Assembly: GCA_043228905.1 (NCBI GenBank)
Contig: JBHGNT010000021.1
Location: 11,780,001 to 11,844,000, forward strand
Direction of reading: 5' to 3'
Length of the DNA: 64,000 nt
Source: Azolla caroliniana
Taxonomy: Eukaryota > Plantae > Polypodiophyta
Shown: positions 45,475-59,284 of the stretch, piece after piece
How the letters are laid out: each line of letters begins with the position of its first letter
How positions within the stretch are numbered: position 1 is the first letter of the stretch
Made by a program: the position numbers and the translations under genes
The notes under the pieces: model-generated
What the model was told of the DNA's origin: nothing
Seen by the model: only the letters and a program-made list of their open reading frames with translations
The model's database searches: none

Positions 45475-48400
45475 TGTCATGTTGTTACGCTCTCGCGTAG
45501 GAAACTAGGGCGGGACCACGAAGGCCTTGGACCGAGGAGTGCAAGAAACAAGGGGAGAGAGGAGAGCGCAAGCGTCAAACCGGCGGACGCCGGCTTCCAG
45601 CAAGCAGCGCTTACCGGCCAAATGGATCACGACCGCGTGTACAGAACGAACAAAGATGCACACCCACCAGACAGTGAAAGGGGAAAACATGCAGAAACAC
45701 AGAGAGACGATGAACTAGAGAACTAATTCCAACTAGAAAGGGTTACAATGCCCGTGAGATTGCAACCGGCACGCCAGTAGCAAACCCAACACACAACACA
45801 CTTGCACGCACACACTGGAGCCTCTGCCAGAAGCACTCGGGATTTCCTCGAAGTAGGGGCAACCATTCCAGAAACCTATAGAGAACAACGATAGAGAAGA
45901 AGAAAGCTCGGTCCGCATCCCGATAACACTCCGTCCTCGCCAAAACATTGTCGCTAGATTCCACACTTGCATGTCGGATCCAGGCGGGACCACCGGGGTC
46001 ATGGACCAGGAGAGAGGAGGCTATCGGAGGCTCGAGTCCTTGGGATCTTGCCGCACTGCCAATTTCTTCTCGTCTGCGACCGATAACCGTCCGCGGAGTG
46101 AGAAGACGCGCACTCATCTTCACTGCCCTTCAGTTCGTATGTACAAGAGCCCAAAACAGGCACGGGTCACGGCCTGGTTAACCATGCCCGCGCACACGCA
46201 CGCACACATATACACCCGGTTTTGACCGGCTCTTCGGCACCAATTAGAACTCAGCCTCACGCACATGATGTCGGTTCCGCACAGAGAGGGAAAGAGGGAG
46301 CTTGCACCCCGAGACCGGTCGGGGAGCATCTGGGCTCAGACGCGCGACGGGATCCTCGTGCGGGGCACGCCCCTTTTCTTGAACGACCACCTCTTTGTTC
46401 CGAACCGCCTACCAGGAGTGTTCAGCTCGTCGTCTCCTGTGGGTTTCGTACGCTAGAGAAGAGGGAGCTTGCTACCAGACAACCGAGTGCACAGTTCACC
46501 ACGAACGATAGCGAAGACACCTTAACACCCGCACACACACACAGACGCACACGAACTCACATCTTCAACAGAACGGAAGACCTTCAAAAAGGACACACAG
46601 AAACCCTTACAGAAACAGAGAAAACAGAACAAGACGAAAGGAAGAAGAAACAGAAGTAGAACAGAAATTGTTGTGTTATGTTACATAGGAACAACAATGG
46701 AACCCGCAAAGGGGAACTCTATGAACCCTAAAGCATACAAATCAGGACAGAGCCTAAAGAGAGAGAAAGAGTAAAATAGGAACCCAAGCGAAAAACTGGG
46801 AACGGAACCCAAAAGAAATGGGAACCCCTATACAAAGGGCGCGCCCTCCCTTTTATAGAACAAGGTGAGGGTCGCGTGGAATGTGAGATAAACCCACGAT
46901 ACATGGGATTCTCTGTCTCGTAATTATTGCCATTCAGCACCATAAAGGCCCCCCTTCCGTATACAAATTTACAAGGATGGGTGCACACGTTGCACCTCGC
47001 CGATCCCTCCAATATCTCCCGGTTTCTCACTATGTGCCGGAAACTTCACGACAACGTGATAGTTGTTTCAGCCTTCGCCCCTCTCTTTTATAAGCTGCAG
47101 GGGAGGGCTGTCACATCCTGAATACATCATCTTTATTCTCTGTCCCCTCAGACAGAGATACGCATCGATTTCCTAGCTAATAAATGTGTACTACCTAGTA
47201 TATTTACATCAACCAACCTATTCCTAATTATGTACAACTTATCAATACTTGTGCCCGCGCGTAAGGGTCGGTTCATGCACCTTTTACACTGATTCCGCCT
47301 AAGGCCGGTTTTCTCCATGACATCCACCCCCACCAAACCGCGCATCCACCGGTATGCGCCAGATTAGATCCTTTGCCGGAGAAGACCGGCCCGCGCTCAC
47401 CCTTCGCTCTCCGAATCGTTGTCTGCTCCGGCCCAGTCGTTGTCGTGGCCTGCACTTGCCGGGTTCGGTTCACCTTCGTGTCGCTTCTTGAAGGCCTTGA
47501 TCCTCTTCCCAGCTATCGGCACCGCTATCCATGTCCCATCGAGCTCTGCGAGATGGTAAGTGCCGTTGCCGTTTGTGCTCGTTACGGCATAGGGCCCGAA
47601 CCACCTCCTCGCGAACTTCTGCACTGCCTTGTGTTGGTTGTCGAGGCTATTGTCGTACACCAGCACCTAGTCGCCTTCTTCGATCTTCTATGGTCGTAGC
47701 CGGTGCGTTCTGTCGAACCAGCCCTTGTTCTTCGTCCTTGCCGCGTGCAACTTCGTCTTCGCCTGCTCCACGTCCTCTAGTCTTCGCTCGAGCTGTCGAA
47801 TTTGCGCCGCCAACAGCTCTTCCCGGCTCATCTCGTCTCTCCAATCTATCGCCGCCCACGAGGATATCTTCCGCTCCATCAACATGATCGGCTTTTGCCC
47901 ATACATCAGCTCTGCCGCCATGAACCCGGTTACCGAACTATGCATAGTTCGGTTCGGCCACAATGCGTAAGGTAGAAATCGCGGCCAATTCCCGACTTGC
48001 CCTTTGCATGCCCGTACTAACGCCTTCACAATCGGCCCGTGCCCGCTCTCTACCTTCTCGTTCGCCTCCGGATTGTACGCCATAGTGAGGGAAAGCTTAA
48101 CCCCTAGCCGGTTGAACAGCTCGTCGGCTTCATGCGCATCCAGCTCCCCCCGATTAGCCACGATCTTCCCCACACACCCGTATCGACACACCACCTCTTC
48201 AATTAGGAATTGGCACATGGTTGCAGTCGTCTTGTTCGGCAATGCGCGCCCCTCCACTTGATTCGTCAAGTCCTCTAGCGCTAGCACTAGGTACTGCATC
48301 TGCCCTACCCCCATCGGCATCGTCACGAAGTCCACCATCCATTTGAAGTGGATGATTGGTCAGGTGTAGCTCGTCTTGATGTCGAATCGTGGAGTGCATC

Positions 48401-51400
48401 TGGCAATTCTCGCAAGTCGTTACGAACTTATGAACGTCCCGGTACAATCCCGGCCACCAATACTTCTCCTTCAGCTTTTCGAACGTGGCCCACGTCCCAC
48501 GATGTCCGGTCCAAGGACTCTCGTTATACGCTGTTAGCAACACCTCCTGCTCTTCCTTCTTCGCCACTACCCGGAGTGGGACGCCGCCTCGCTTCTTCAG
48601 GTGTTTCCATATGCTTTTGTCTTGTAGGAAGAACCGGTACACTTTCTTCCGGATCCGATTAGCCTCTTCTCTCGTCCATGTCACCGTTTTTAGGAACTTG
48701 CCAATCCGGAACCACTCCCCGTTGTACTCGCCCTCGTCAAACTCATTAAGCATCGGAGTGCTCCCCTCCCTCGTCGTCACGTAAGCCGACTCGAAGATAT
48801 CCACGCTGACTTCTTCGTCCTCCGAAACCATGTTGTCTTCGTCATCAAACCGCGCTCTCGAAAGAATGTCGGCCATGGCATTGTCCTTCCCGGAGATGTA
48901 CGCGATCCACCTGAGCATCGCCAGGTCCAGTGTCGCGCATCTGGAAACCATACCGAGGATCGGTAGGCAATCCATCTCGATTATTACCTCCGTCCCGATC
49001 AAGTAGTCTTTGTAGCCCTTGACCGCCAAAACGATACACCAGAGTTCGCGTTTAACCTAGGCGTATCCTCGTTGTCGCTCGCTAAGTACTTTCGCTCCAA
49101 ACCGGATGGGGAACCTCGTGCCATCCTCGTCCTCCTGGTTGATCACCCATCCTATCCCAGTCGGGCTTGTGTCTACTGTCACGTAAATCCTGACCTCCTT
49201 ACCATAAACCACTTTTCAGAGTGTCGGTGCCGCGGTAAGCATTTCTTTCAATCTCCGGACCGACTCTGTATGTTCCCCGATCCACTCGAACTTGCGCCCT
49301 TTCTTCAACAACCTGTAGAGCGGCTCCGCGACGTGTGCGTAGTTCGGAATCCAGATGTGGTAGAACGCACACGCGCCCAAGAACCTTCGGACTTCCGTAA
49401 CCGACTTGCAGTCTTCCTTCATTGAGGAGATGGCGTCTACCTTTGCCGGGGATGGTTTCCGGCCATAAGGCTCCGAAGAAGGTGAGCCGCGCGCCCTCCA
49501 GCCTTTGTAGCACCTTCTCGCATTTGCCGATGTGGTCCACAACGAATTTCCGGCAACTGTCAGGTCCAACCGATTCGTCCATATCTTCCACCGGATACCC
49601 TTTGATCGGGATGTCGTCCAAGAACGGCATGGTGATGTCCGGGATGCAATCCTTCCGCACTTTGTTCATTGCATTCACCATGTGCACCACCAAGTTGGTC
49701 CCTCCTTGCGGAAGGGTACACATCCGCACTAGACCGAGAGTAGTCCGCATCGTTGTAATGTTCCTGCTCTCTACGGCTAGTTGGAATTGGTCGTACCTCG
49801 AGTACAGATCCTCGACTGAATAAATTGACCTTCTGGCGAAGGCCTCTGCAAACTCGTCAATGGTCGGCCCGATTCGTGCATTCCAAATGCTCACCTTGTT
49901 GACTAGTTGTAGGTCCTGAATAAAGCGCAATGTGCGGTTCTTCTTCGGCATGGTAAACCACCGATTCGAATATGGGGCGCTCAACAGCTCGAGGATGCCC
50001 ATCTCCACCATCTGCTTCACCAGCTCCATCAACTTCGGGATGTGAGCTCTGGGTACCGGAATTGGCTTGAGATTCCACGGCACATGTGGTACCGTGAAGA
50101 TAACCATTGGCTCAATGATCATCAGGTCTACGCACCCGATCTCCTCCGATGAGAATGTGAAGACCTTCCCGTGCCTCCCGAGCATTCTCCAAAACCGTTC
50201 CTCCTCCGCCAGTAGTAGAAAGCCACCCCCACCGACCTTCAACTCCCATAGCGTTTTGTCGGTGAACCGGTGTCCTATGCCGGCCGGATCCCGTAAACTT
50301 GGGTCCAATGTGACTTCTTTCATCCGTTCCTCGTTGCCCTCCGGCAAGGGTGCCGCGACTGGCCTCACCTTCCGGTCCACAATCTTGTACCTCGTATCCA
50401 CTCGGGTCGTGTGATCCAACTCGACCCTTTTTCCGAAATCAGCAATGGCTTCATACATCCTTTCCGAACAAACCGGAATCATCCGGTCTTCACAAGCGCC
50501 TTCCTTAATTCTCCCAAGGTGTCATCCAAAGAGACCGCCTCCATGGCGCTGCCAATCTCCTCGTCAGGGCCAAGGACTCCACACACCCTAAGACGTTCCT
50601 CTGCCTGCTTCTTTTCTCAGCCACTAATGCCGGTTATCATACAACCTCTGTTGTCGGAGAACCAAAATTTCCTACCTATGGTACATGTGTGGGGTTCCTC
50701 CAAGGTGTCTGGACTATCGCGGCCCCACGCCTTGATAGCCCTTTCTAAAAATCCCCTCGGTTATCGCCGCTGAGGGTCTCGCGGTTACGCTCATGGTTCG
50801 GTCACACTGTCAAAAATTGGACGGAGTGTCGCCCATCTTGGCTCCTCATGCATGCGTATGCCAAACCGTTATCCATCACCTTTGTCTCCATGCGTGCCAC
50901 CGTAATATATAGTTCGTCGAGTATCACCGGGTCCAAGGATGTCTCCTGCGCGAAGAAGTGTTGGTCAATCTTGACATCACCGATTTTCACACATACATTC
51001 AGGCAGGCCCCGTGCAACTCCTCCATGGCGCGTGTCGCCGCGCATATCTTCCACCCGTGCTTGGTGTTGATCAACCACTTTCCCTTCATCACGTTGATTT
51101 CGGATCCGTGGTACATCAACGCCACCACCGGCTCCTAAACGTCCCCGATCCGAACGGGGGTCTCCATAGTGGCTCTAGCCCAATGCAACCTCAAATAGTG
51201 GCTTTCCGCCAACTCGTCTTCCAGGTGCGTTGTTCACACCTCCACGGGCTTCTCCGGTTCCGGCTCCGTCGAGAACCATTTCCACTTCACCAAGTCCACG
51301 ATGAAATCGTGGAACTCCTCCTTTGCAATTCCGAGCACCTCCCTCAGTGACAGCTCCACCTTGCTGTCAAGGATTCATTCTTCAAGGACCTTTCGCAAGT

Positions 51401-51467
51401 CCGCTGTCCTCTCTATCTCGGTGCCCAGCCGGTAACTGGCCTGCTTCATCCGATCTTGCAGACCAGA
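45475..51467 (-). mobile_element. Family A copy A4, 5'-truncated (3' LTR 45475-45948 plus 47058-47322; PR-RT-RH-IN 47397-51467)
   Basis: pol fragments colinear with A2; PPT at 47323-47334; left flank TCGT. Confidence 0.9.
45949..47053 (-). mobile_element. Solo LTR (1105 bp) related to family A, inside the A4 LTR; TSD ACAT/ACGT
   Basis: TGTCGCT...CACGACA termini and U5 motif GGCGGGACCACCGGGGTC; removing it restores colinearity with the A1 LTR. Confidence 0.78.
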
Positions 51468-53704
51468 ACGTAGTATCGGCATCCGCCGATTGTCGGCGTT
51501 TGAGCCGGTCCCCATACATCTGAGTGTATGACGTCAAGGAGGCCTTTGCTTGTGGAGCTCTCCTTCGGGAATGGGAGTCGATGTTGTTTGCCGACGGTCG
51601 ACTCGTTTCGATTCGAAGGCCGGAAGTCCGATTACGACTCCCTTTGATTGCATTCCGTGAAGCCGTTGGAGGTTTACGTGGCCGATTCTCTTGTGCCACA
51701 ACTTGATGTTTGTCTCGGTCTTGAGACCTTTGGTGTACATGGCAGATTTTACCTCGTTCGAGCCGAGGATGAACACGTGGCTGTCTCTCCGTCCCTTGGC
51801 TATGAGTCGGTCGTCTTTCTCGATGAAGCAACCTTCATTGTTGAAGCGGACTTGCATGCCTTGCTCCATGATTTGGCTGACCGAGACCAAATTCTTTGTT
51901 ATTGTGGGCACATGCAAGACATTCTTGATGCAGGTTTGCTCGCCTTCTTTCCCGAATGGGACATCGCCGATGTGCCGAATGGGATGCGGAGTGTCGTCTC
52001 CGGTCTCTATGTAGCCAGGTCGATCCGGCGTTCGCAAGTTACGAAACCACTCTTGGTGCGATGTCATGTGGTGCAAGGCACCGGAGTCTATGAACCACGC
52101 GTGTTCGGAGTTGGAGGTGCTTGCGGAGTTTGCGGGATCGGAGGTCATCATAGAGTTCGCTCTATGCCTCATCACGAAGAGTCTGTCGTAGTCCGCGTAT
52201 TCTACGTTCGCGGCGAAATTTGTGCGTTGCCAGCTTGTTGAAGCCGACTCGCTTCGTCTTTTTCGGCACTCCTCTTCGCGATGGCCGATTTTGCCACAAT
52301 AGTTGCACATAGGTGGTGTCGTTCGCTGACCTTGTTCGGTGTGGAAGCTCCCCCTTCTTGTGAAGGTTCCTCGATGGCTTCCGTTTCCTTGCCGAAATTG
52401 TGAATTCCCTTCGTGGGATAGGTCGAATTGACCTCTTCCGCTTCGACCTCGTCTATGGGCACCATCCGTATCGGAGAAGAGCATTTTTCCTTCCGATGTG
52501 TTGGTCTTTGATTGAACGTGGTTTTCTTTGACCAATAGCATTGATTGGAGGTTGAAGAACGAGGGAGGGGTATCTCTCGCCAAGATTGTCGTTCTCAACG
52601 GGTTGAATCGTTGTGCGAGACCGCCCAAGCATACTTGCACCATCTCGTCTTCGTCGATGTTGACAATGATGAAGCCAAGCGAGTCGCAAATGCTCTTGAT
52701 CTTGGCGGTGTAGTCCATCCGGACATTTCTTTTTGTCGTATGTTGTTCAACTCTTGCCGGAGTTGAAGCTTGCGCGCGGATGTGTCTACGACGAAAATCT
52801 TCTTGAGATTTTCCCACGCCTCTTTGGGCGTCTTGGCGTCACGAATGTGGCTAAGCATGTGGTCATTTACACATGTTGCCAAGCAATACATTACCCGAGT
52901 CGCGCCTTGTTCCCACGTTGGGTAGTTGGCATGTGTGATTTCGGGTTTTTTTTCTTGTGCGTCGTTGATGTAGCTCCAATACCCTTGGCCGACAAGGTAT
53001 TGATTCATCTTGTACTCCCAAGATGAATAGTTGCTTCGGTCTAGCTTTTCGCTAGGGAGTGAGCTTCCCATTTGTGTGTTCATGTTGTTTGTTGTGTCTT
53101 CCATTTTGTTTTTCTTCTCTTGGTCGCGTACACGTCCTTCGTAGTGGCACTACGGTAGCGGATAGCGAATAGTCGGGATTTGTCGTCGGCGTCTCAAACA
53201 CACAATCACGAATAAGCGGTGGGCTTAGTGGATTTCCTAAACCACGCACTCTGATACCATGTTAAGTAATTAGGTAATTAACTAGGGTTAATTAGAGACT
53301 AATTTTATGGTTACGTTAGGCAACGGAAGATTAGTATGATATGCGCTTGAGAGTGTGTGAGAGGAAGAGAGAGAGAGAGAGAGGAAGTTACACTTATGAG
53401 CACGAAGATAAATGGGGGATGATTGACTATATTGAAAAGTGTCATCAACATACAAAAATACCCACAATGAGGTATATATACAACCCATGTGTAAAGGTGC
53501 ACATGTGTGGGTAGAACATAGGTACTTATGTGTAAGTCCTACATTAAATGTACTAAGGAGTGGAGGATCTAGAATATCCCACTTAAGTACAAGGTCCTAT
53601 TTAAAGGCTTAAGGTCAACACATTAACTAGATTCAATCTAGATAACTACTAAGTTACATATGTTGACTAACTAGATTAAACTAATTGAGCTTGATATCTC
53701 AACA
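51468..53704 (-). mobile_element. Copia element C3, 5' part (LTR 53260-53704, gag-protease-integrase start)
   Basis: iMet PBS at 53249-53259; CNYCGKIGHREEEC knuckle; WFIDSGA; WHKRIGH; IHSDVWGP. Truncated against A4. Confidence 0.85.
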
Positions 53705-55460
53705 CTCACATTCCGCTCTTTCGGCAATGAATGTCGGTGTTGCTTTCTGAACTGGCACATTTCGCATACGCCCACAATCTCCTTCGCGGTAAAGTTCGGG
53801 AATCCGATTACGACTCCTTTCGATTGCATGTTCTAAAGCTTCTGGAGATTGATGTGATCAATTCTCTTGTAACACAAGTTTATGTTGGTTTCGACTTTGA
53901 GGCCCTTTGCAAACATGGCCGATTTTACCTCGTTCAATTCGAGGACAAACATACGACCTTCACAACAGTCGTGAGCTACGACTTGATCTCCTCTTTCGAT
54001 AAAGCACCCATCATTGTTGAATCATACCTGCATTCCTTGTTCGAAAATTTGGCCGATCGAAACCAGGTTTTTCGTGATGGTAGGGACATGCAGTACGTTC
54101 TTGAGATAGGTTTGTTTGCCATTGTTTCCAAATGGGACATTCCCGATATGTTGTATTGGATGAGTCATGTCATCGCCTGTCTTGACATATCCAGGTCGTT
54201 CGGGTTTTTGTAATTCCCGAAACCAATCTTCATGAGACGTCATGTGGTTGGATGCTCCCGAGTCAACAAACCATACGTTATTTGAGGCGGAGGCACTATT
54301 GAGGCCTGTGCTGACATTGAGTGTGCTTCGGGCCTCATTACAAACATTCCGCCACGATCACCGTAGTCGGAATTTGTGGCATAATTTGTAAACATTCCGC
54401 TACGATTGTCGTAGTTGAAATTCAATGCGTAGTTCGTGAGTTGTCGGCTAGTTGAAGCCGAGTCTCGTACCTTTTTTCGGCACTCCTCTTCATAGTGGCC
54501 GTGTTTTCCACAGTACCCGCATTCGATCGGGGTATTACGATTGCTCGGTCCAGCGTGATGACTCCCCCTTCTGCCGAACTCTCTGGGACCGTTCCTGTCC
54601 GCTTGCCATTGGTGGGAGTTACGCTCTTGAGTCTGCTGACCATTACGGTCTTGTTCGAATCGACCTCTATTTCCATGACCAAAATTTCTTCTATCATCCG
54701 ACTGGGAGTAGAGCATATGACCCTCTTGTGCGTTGCTCCTTTGTCAAGCATGATTTTCCTCAACCAATAATATTGATTGGAGATCGAAAAATGAAGGAGG
54801 GTTCTCCCTTGCAAGGATGGCCGATCTAATCAAGCCAAAATAGGGTGTTAAGCCGCCGAGGCATATTTGCACCATCTCGTCATCGTCGATTAAGACATTA
54901 ATCGAACCGAAAGCATCGCACAGCTCCTTGATCTTTAAGGTATAGCATGTGATCGACATGTCCCTTTGTTGCATGTTGTTTAGCTCTTGTCGAAGTTGGA
55001 GATTTCGTGCAGCCGTGTTGGCCGCAAAAATCTTCTTGAGGTTTCCCCAAGCTTCTTTCGGTGTTTTCGAATCTCGATTATAGCCAAGCATATAATCATG
55101 AACGCATGATGCAAGGCAATACAACACACGGCTTGCGGCCTACTCCTAAGCAGGATAGTCAGCGTGTGTTGGGTTGGGTTGAGTTTCGTCAGCTCCTTCA
55201 ATGTAGCTCCAGTAACCTTGTCCAACAATGTATTGATGCAACTTGTATTCCCAAGATGCGAAGTTCGTTCTGTCAAGCTTCTCGGTAGGAAGAGTGCTTC
55301 CTATCTGAGTGTTCATTATGTCGATTTCTTCTCTGTTGATGAGCCAGTTCTGTTGATCGTCGGCGTGTACCACAACATAGTTGAATAGATTTGATTAAGC
55401 AACCACATGCTCTTATACCATGTAAATCAATGGAGCTAGTGGTGTAATGCAATGGAAGAT

Positions 55461-55535
<75 letters not shown>

Positions 55536-55551
55536 TGTATGCACGTAAAGC

Positions 55552-55600
<49 letters not shown>

Positions 55601-58351
55601 CATAAGACAAAGATAAAAGATTGTATATTACATTAACCAAAATGCTTCCAACAGTAACTAAGTTACAAGGGGTTGGTTTAAATACCAACTAAACTAGGGC
55701 AAGGGCCCTTTCTACTATTTACAAGACTAGCCTGGTATGTCCATGAGCTAGTGTGAAACCTATTACTATAGGAAGTTGAGTTCAACTCTGAGCACTTCTG
55801 TCCAGCTTCTCTGTAGGAAGCGAGCTAGCCATCCCTCTATCCATTCTTATTTCTCTTCAGTTCTTCACGGTGATGTTTGTCTGTTTGTTGGCCGCAGAGG
55901 ATTTCAACTCTTGCGCTCTGATACCATGTAAAAGAATAGCATGTGTGGAAGCGTAACAGACACAACCGTGTAACACAAATGACGAAGAGAAGGTTTAATG
56001 GAAAGCTTTGAACACGACACAACGTATCCAAGCGAGACAAAGAATGCGAGAGAGAGTGACTAGAACACACAAAAACTTAGATTCAAAAATAACTCTTAGT
56101 CACTCTATACAAGATGCGCTCAATCGGCGCTTTTTATACAAGTCCTTATGGATAGACAGAAGTACTATCAAAATACTGACACATACTTCAATGCTCATTA
56201 ATGAGCCTCCTACACTAACTCCCAAAATTATTCCTTACGAGGAATAATGCTCTAACGGCCTCTCCGCTTACGCACCATTACGGCCTTTGTGCATACGGTT
56301 TTACGCACCTAGTCTATGCATTGGGTTACGCACCCGTTTATGCACCCAATGTTGAGCTTGTATCGCAACAAAAATCTTTAGAGTTCTAAAAACTTCGTGA
56401 GCATGCATGCACTTGTAGTGCTTAGGAACATGTATAAATACAATTGTTTATCTTGATCTTAATCAAGGTTGTTGAGAATCAAACTCCACTTCCCTAGTGT
56501 GGGAACACACCTTAGGAATAGTTAAGTGTGTGAACACCCCACCACTCTATATCATAACTAGTGTGTCATAGAAGTTAGTCCTATGACACATAGTTACTAG
56601 GTAGTTAAGTCTCCACCTCCTTCCCAAGAGGTGGTGGTAGTGAGAGAACATAGAGAGAAGGTAACTAGATAGGCACCTTCTCCTTTTCTTTGTAACTGCG
56701 TTGTTGGTTGTTCACTTGTTGTTATTACAGTTTTTTTTGTTTTCTGTATACTTTGTGTTATCTTGTTGTTAATACAAATTTTCTTGTTTTCTGTACTCTC
56801 TCTCTCTCGCACGCACACACACACATCTCTTCCATTGCACAGAATCATGCCTGGTTCTTTACATGGTATTAGAGCGATTGGTAGCTTGATCCAAGCCCAT
56901 CCACATCTGTTGTGCTTACGTCGACGTTCAAAAAGAACCGGTCGATCGTTGTAGTGGCAATCCTGCACAGTTCGTAGCACAAGGAAGAAGAAATCACAAG
57001 TCAACCATCATGAACACCCAGATGGGCAGGTCTCTTCCAAGTGAAAAGTTGGACAAAAACAATTTTGCAACTTGGGAGTACAAGATGCACCAACACCTTG
57101 TCAACTATTGGAGCTACATTGAGGGAGTACAAGAAACGCAGCTCAACCCAACACACGCCATCAACTACCCAACATGGGAGCAATGTACAAGGACAACACA
57201 TGCTCTATTTGAACTTGGATGGAGGAAGGGGACACACCTATGGAAGAAGAGGCCAATTGGGCCAAGGCCAACACAACCAAGGACAACCCCATGAACACAA
57301 CTTCTACTACCGATAAGACATAGCAAACATGCAAGGAGGAGCGTCTGGTAGAAGGGGGAGCCATCATGTTGCACAATGCCGACAAAACAACTCCATCCAA
57401 TGTGGCTCTTGTCATGGCAAAATCAGCCACTATAAAGCCAAATGTCAAAAGAAGAAAAGTGAGTCGGTTTTCAAAAGCCAACAACTTACCAACTTCACCT
57501 CAAATTCTAACTTGTCTTCGTGTGAATCACTCAATGTTGGCTTATAGTGAAGCACTAGGAATTGGCTTCCTATAAAGCACTCAGGTGTCTCCACATCACT
57601 CCATATGTATTTGGACTGTTGCCATGGGAACAGATATGGCACAATAATTCATGTGTACACGACATGATCCGTGGCCTAGTTTACATAGCTTAGCTCTGTT
57701 TAGTGTGTACAGAAAGACAAAGAGAAGCAATTAGTTTATGAACAATGGACCCACCCATACATTGGTTATTCCTTGACTATTGTCTAGTGTCATTGGTTTA
57801 CATCACATATTTAGCATCAGTGAGCCTCATTATAACTCAGCAGCTCAGGAAGATATTAAAACATGACAATTTCAGTAACTGCATCAATATATTCAAAAAG
57901 ATAAACCTTATAGGAGATCAATATACAATCACTACACTACGCAATTCTTTCTATCTCAACATATTATTTGCTTTCTGTAACTGTGTAGTCGGTCAGTAAA
58001 ACTCTTAATTGTCATAACATTTTTTGTGTTAACATGCTACAATATCCATAATCCTATATAGGATATCAAATAAATTTCTATGCTAATAAGCTTCGACTAA
58101 TGCAAAATTTGAAGCCTTGCAAATAATGCAAGGAATATACACAATCCACATAACAAAGATCAAGAACCTCTCAATACACAACAAATATCGCAGCAGCATG
58201 AGTAACAAAAATATGAGTTATTACCCTTTTCACTCTTAAAAATGATATATAAAGCATAATCTGTCATTGAAAAAGATCAGCTTGTACATCAACTAGCCAA
58301 TGCAAGATCTTCTTTATACCTTTTTAACCACGAACCTTCAGCAATGCTTAC

Positions 58352-58740
58352 CATCTCATCTGAAGATGAGTTTGTCAGTATTTCATCATCTTCTTCATTT
58401 GTATCTGATTTGTTTTCTTTCTCTTCTTTGCTCATCAGCTGCCCATGCCTTTGAAAAAGTACCTGCCTTTTTTTTCGTTTCCAAGACTTGCCTTCTGATG
58501 TACAGACATTAGAAACAGAGTTCAAGTTGCCTTCACCAGCTTTGCCCTCGTTTTCACCAGTTGTATCCAAGAAGAAGAGACTTTCAGCTTCACGAAATGT
58601 AACTCCTAGATCAAGAGGATATTCAAGCCCATCGGTTTCTAGCTTCTTTATCGTCTTGCCTTTCATAGATTGAGAACTATGACCAAAGTTGACCTCAACT
58701 AAACCTTGCAACTCCGTCTCCCCAAGTTGTAGAAGCCAAC
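58352..58740 (-). CDS. Probable internal or penultimate exon of a host gene (unknown, possibly nuclear protein)
   Basis: Open frame WLLQLGETE...FFLDTTG...KRKKR...NSSSDEM, bounded by a TTAAG acceptor and a GTAAGC donor; AT-rich, CpG-poor flanks; no TE motifs. Confidence 0.55.
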
Positions 58741-59284
58741 CTTAAGATCAAACATAAATATTGAGCTGGAATGTATGCAATGTAACCCATATTTATGTGA
58801 TGAAAAACAAAACAAGAAAATGAAATGGTATCAAGCATGTATGCATGACCATTGGAGGTTCCAGCCAGCAGGTGACGAGTTAATTGGACACCAAGCTCAA
58901 TTTAACCCTGAGCTTGAAAAAAACATTTATGCAGCATAACAACAAATGGCCTATCTTTCAAATGAAAGTCATCCTTCCTTAGTGATGACTTGAAAGAGGA
59001 AGTTCATATAGAACAACCTTCAGATTTTGAGATTTCAGCAAAAAAACATGGACTATGGGTTACTCAGCATTGTATGGCTTAAAGCAATCTCCCAAAGCTT
59101 GGTATAATAAATTTGATGCATTCTTTCTCTCTCTTGGATTTCAGCACTGCTATGCTGATTTGTTATGCTTGATCATATTATATGTTCATGACCTTCTAAT
59201 TACACGGTCCCTTGGTCTAAATTAGAGCAGCTCTGCACTAACCTTAAAACCACATTTGAAATGACTGATTTAGGACGTCTCCAT

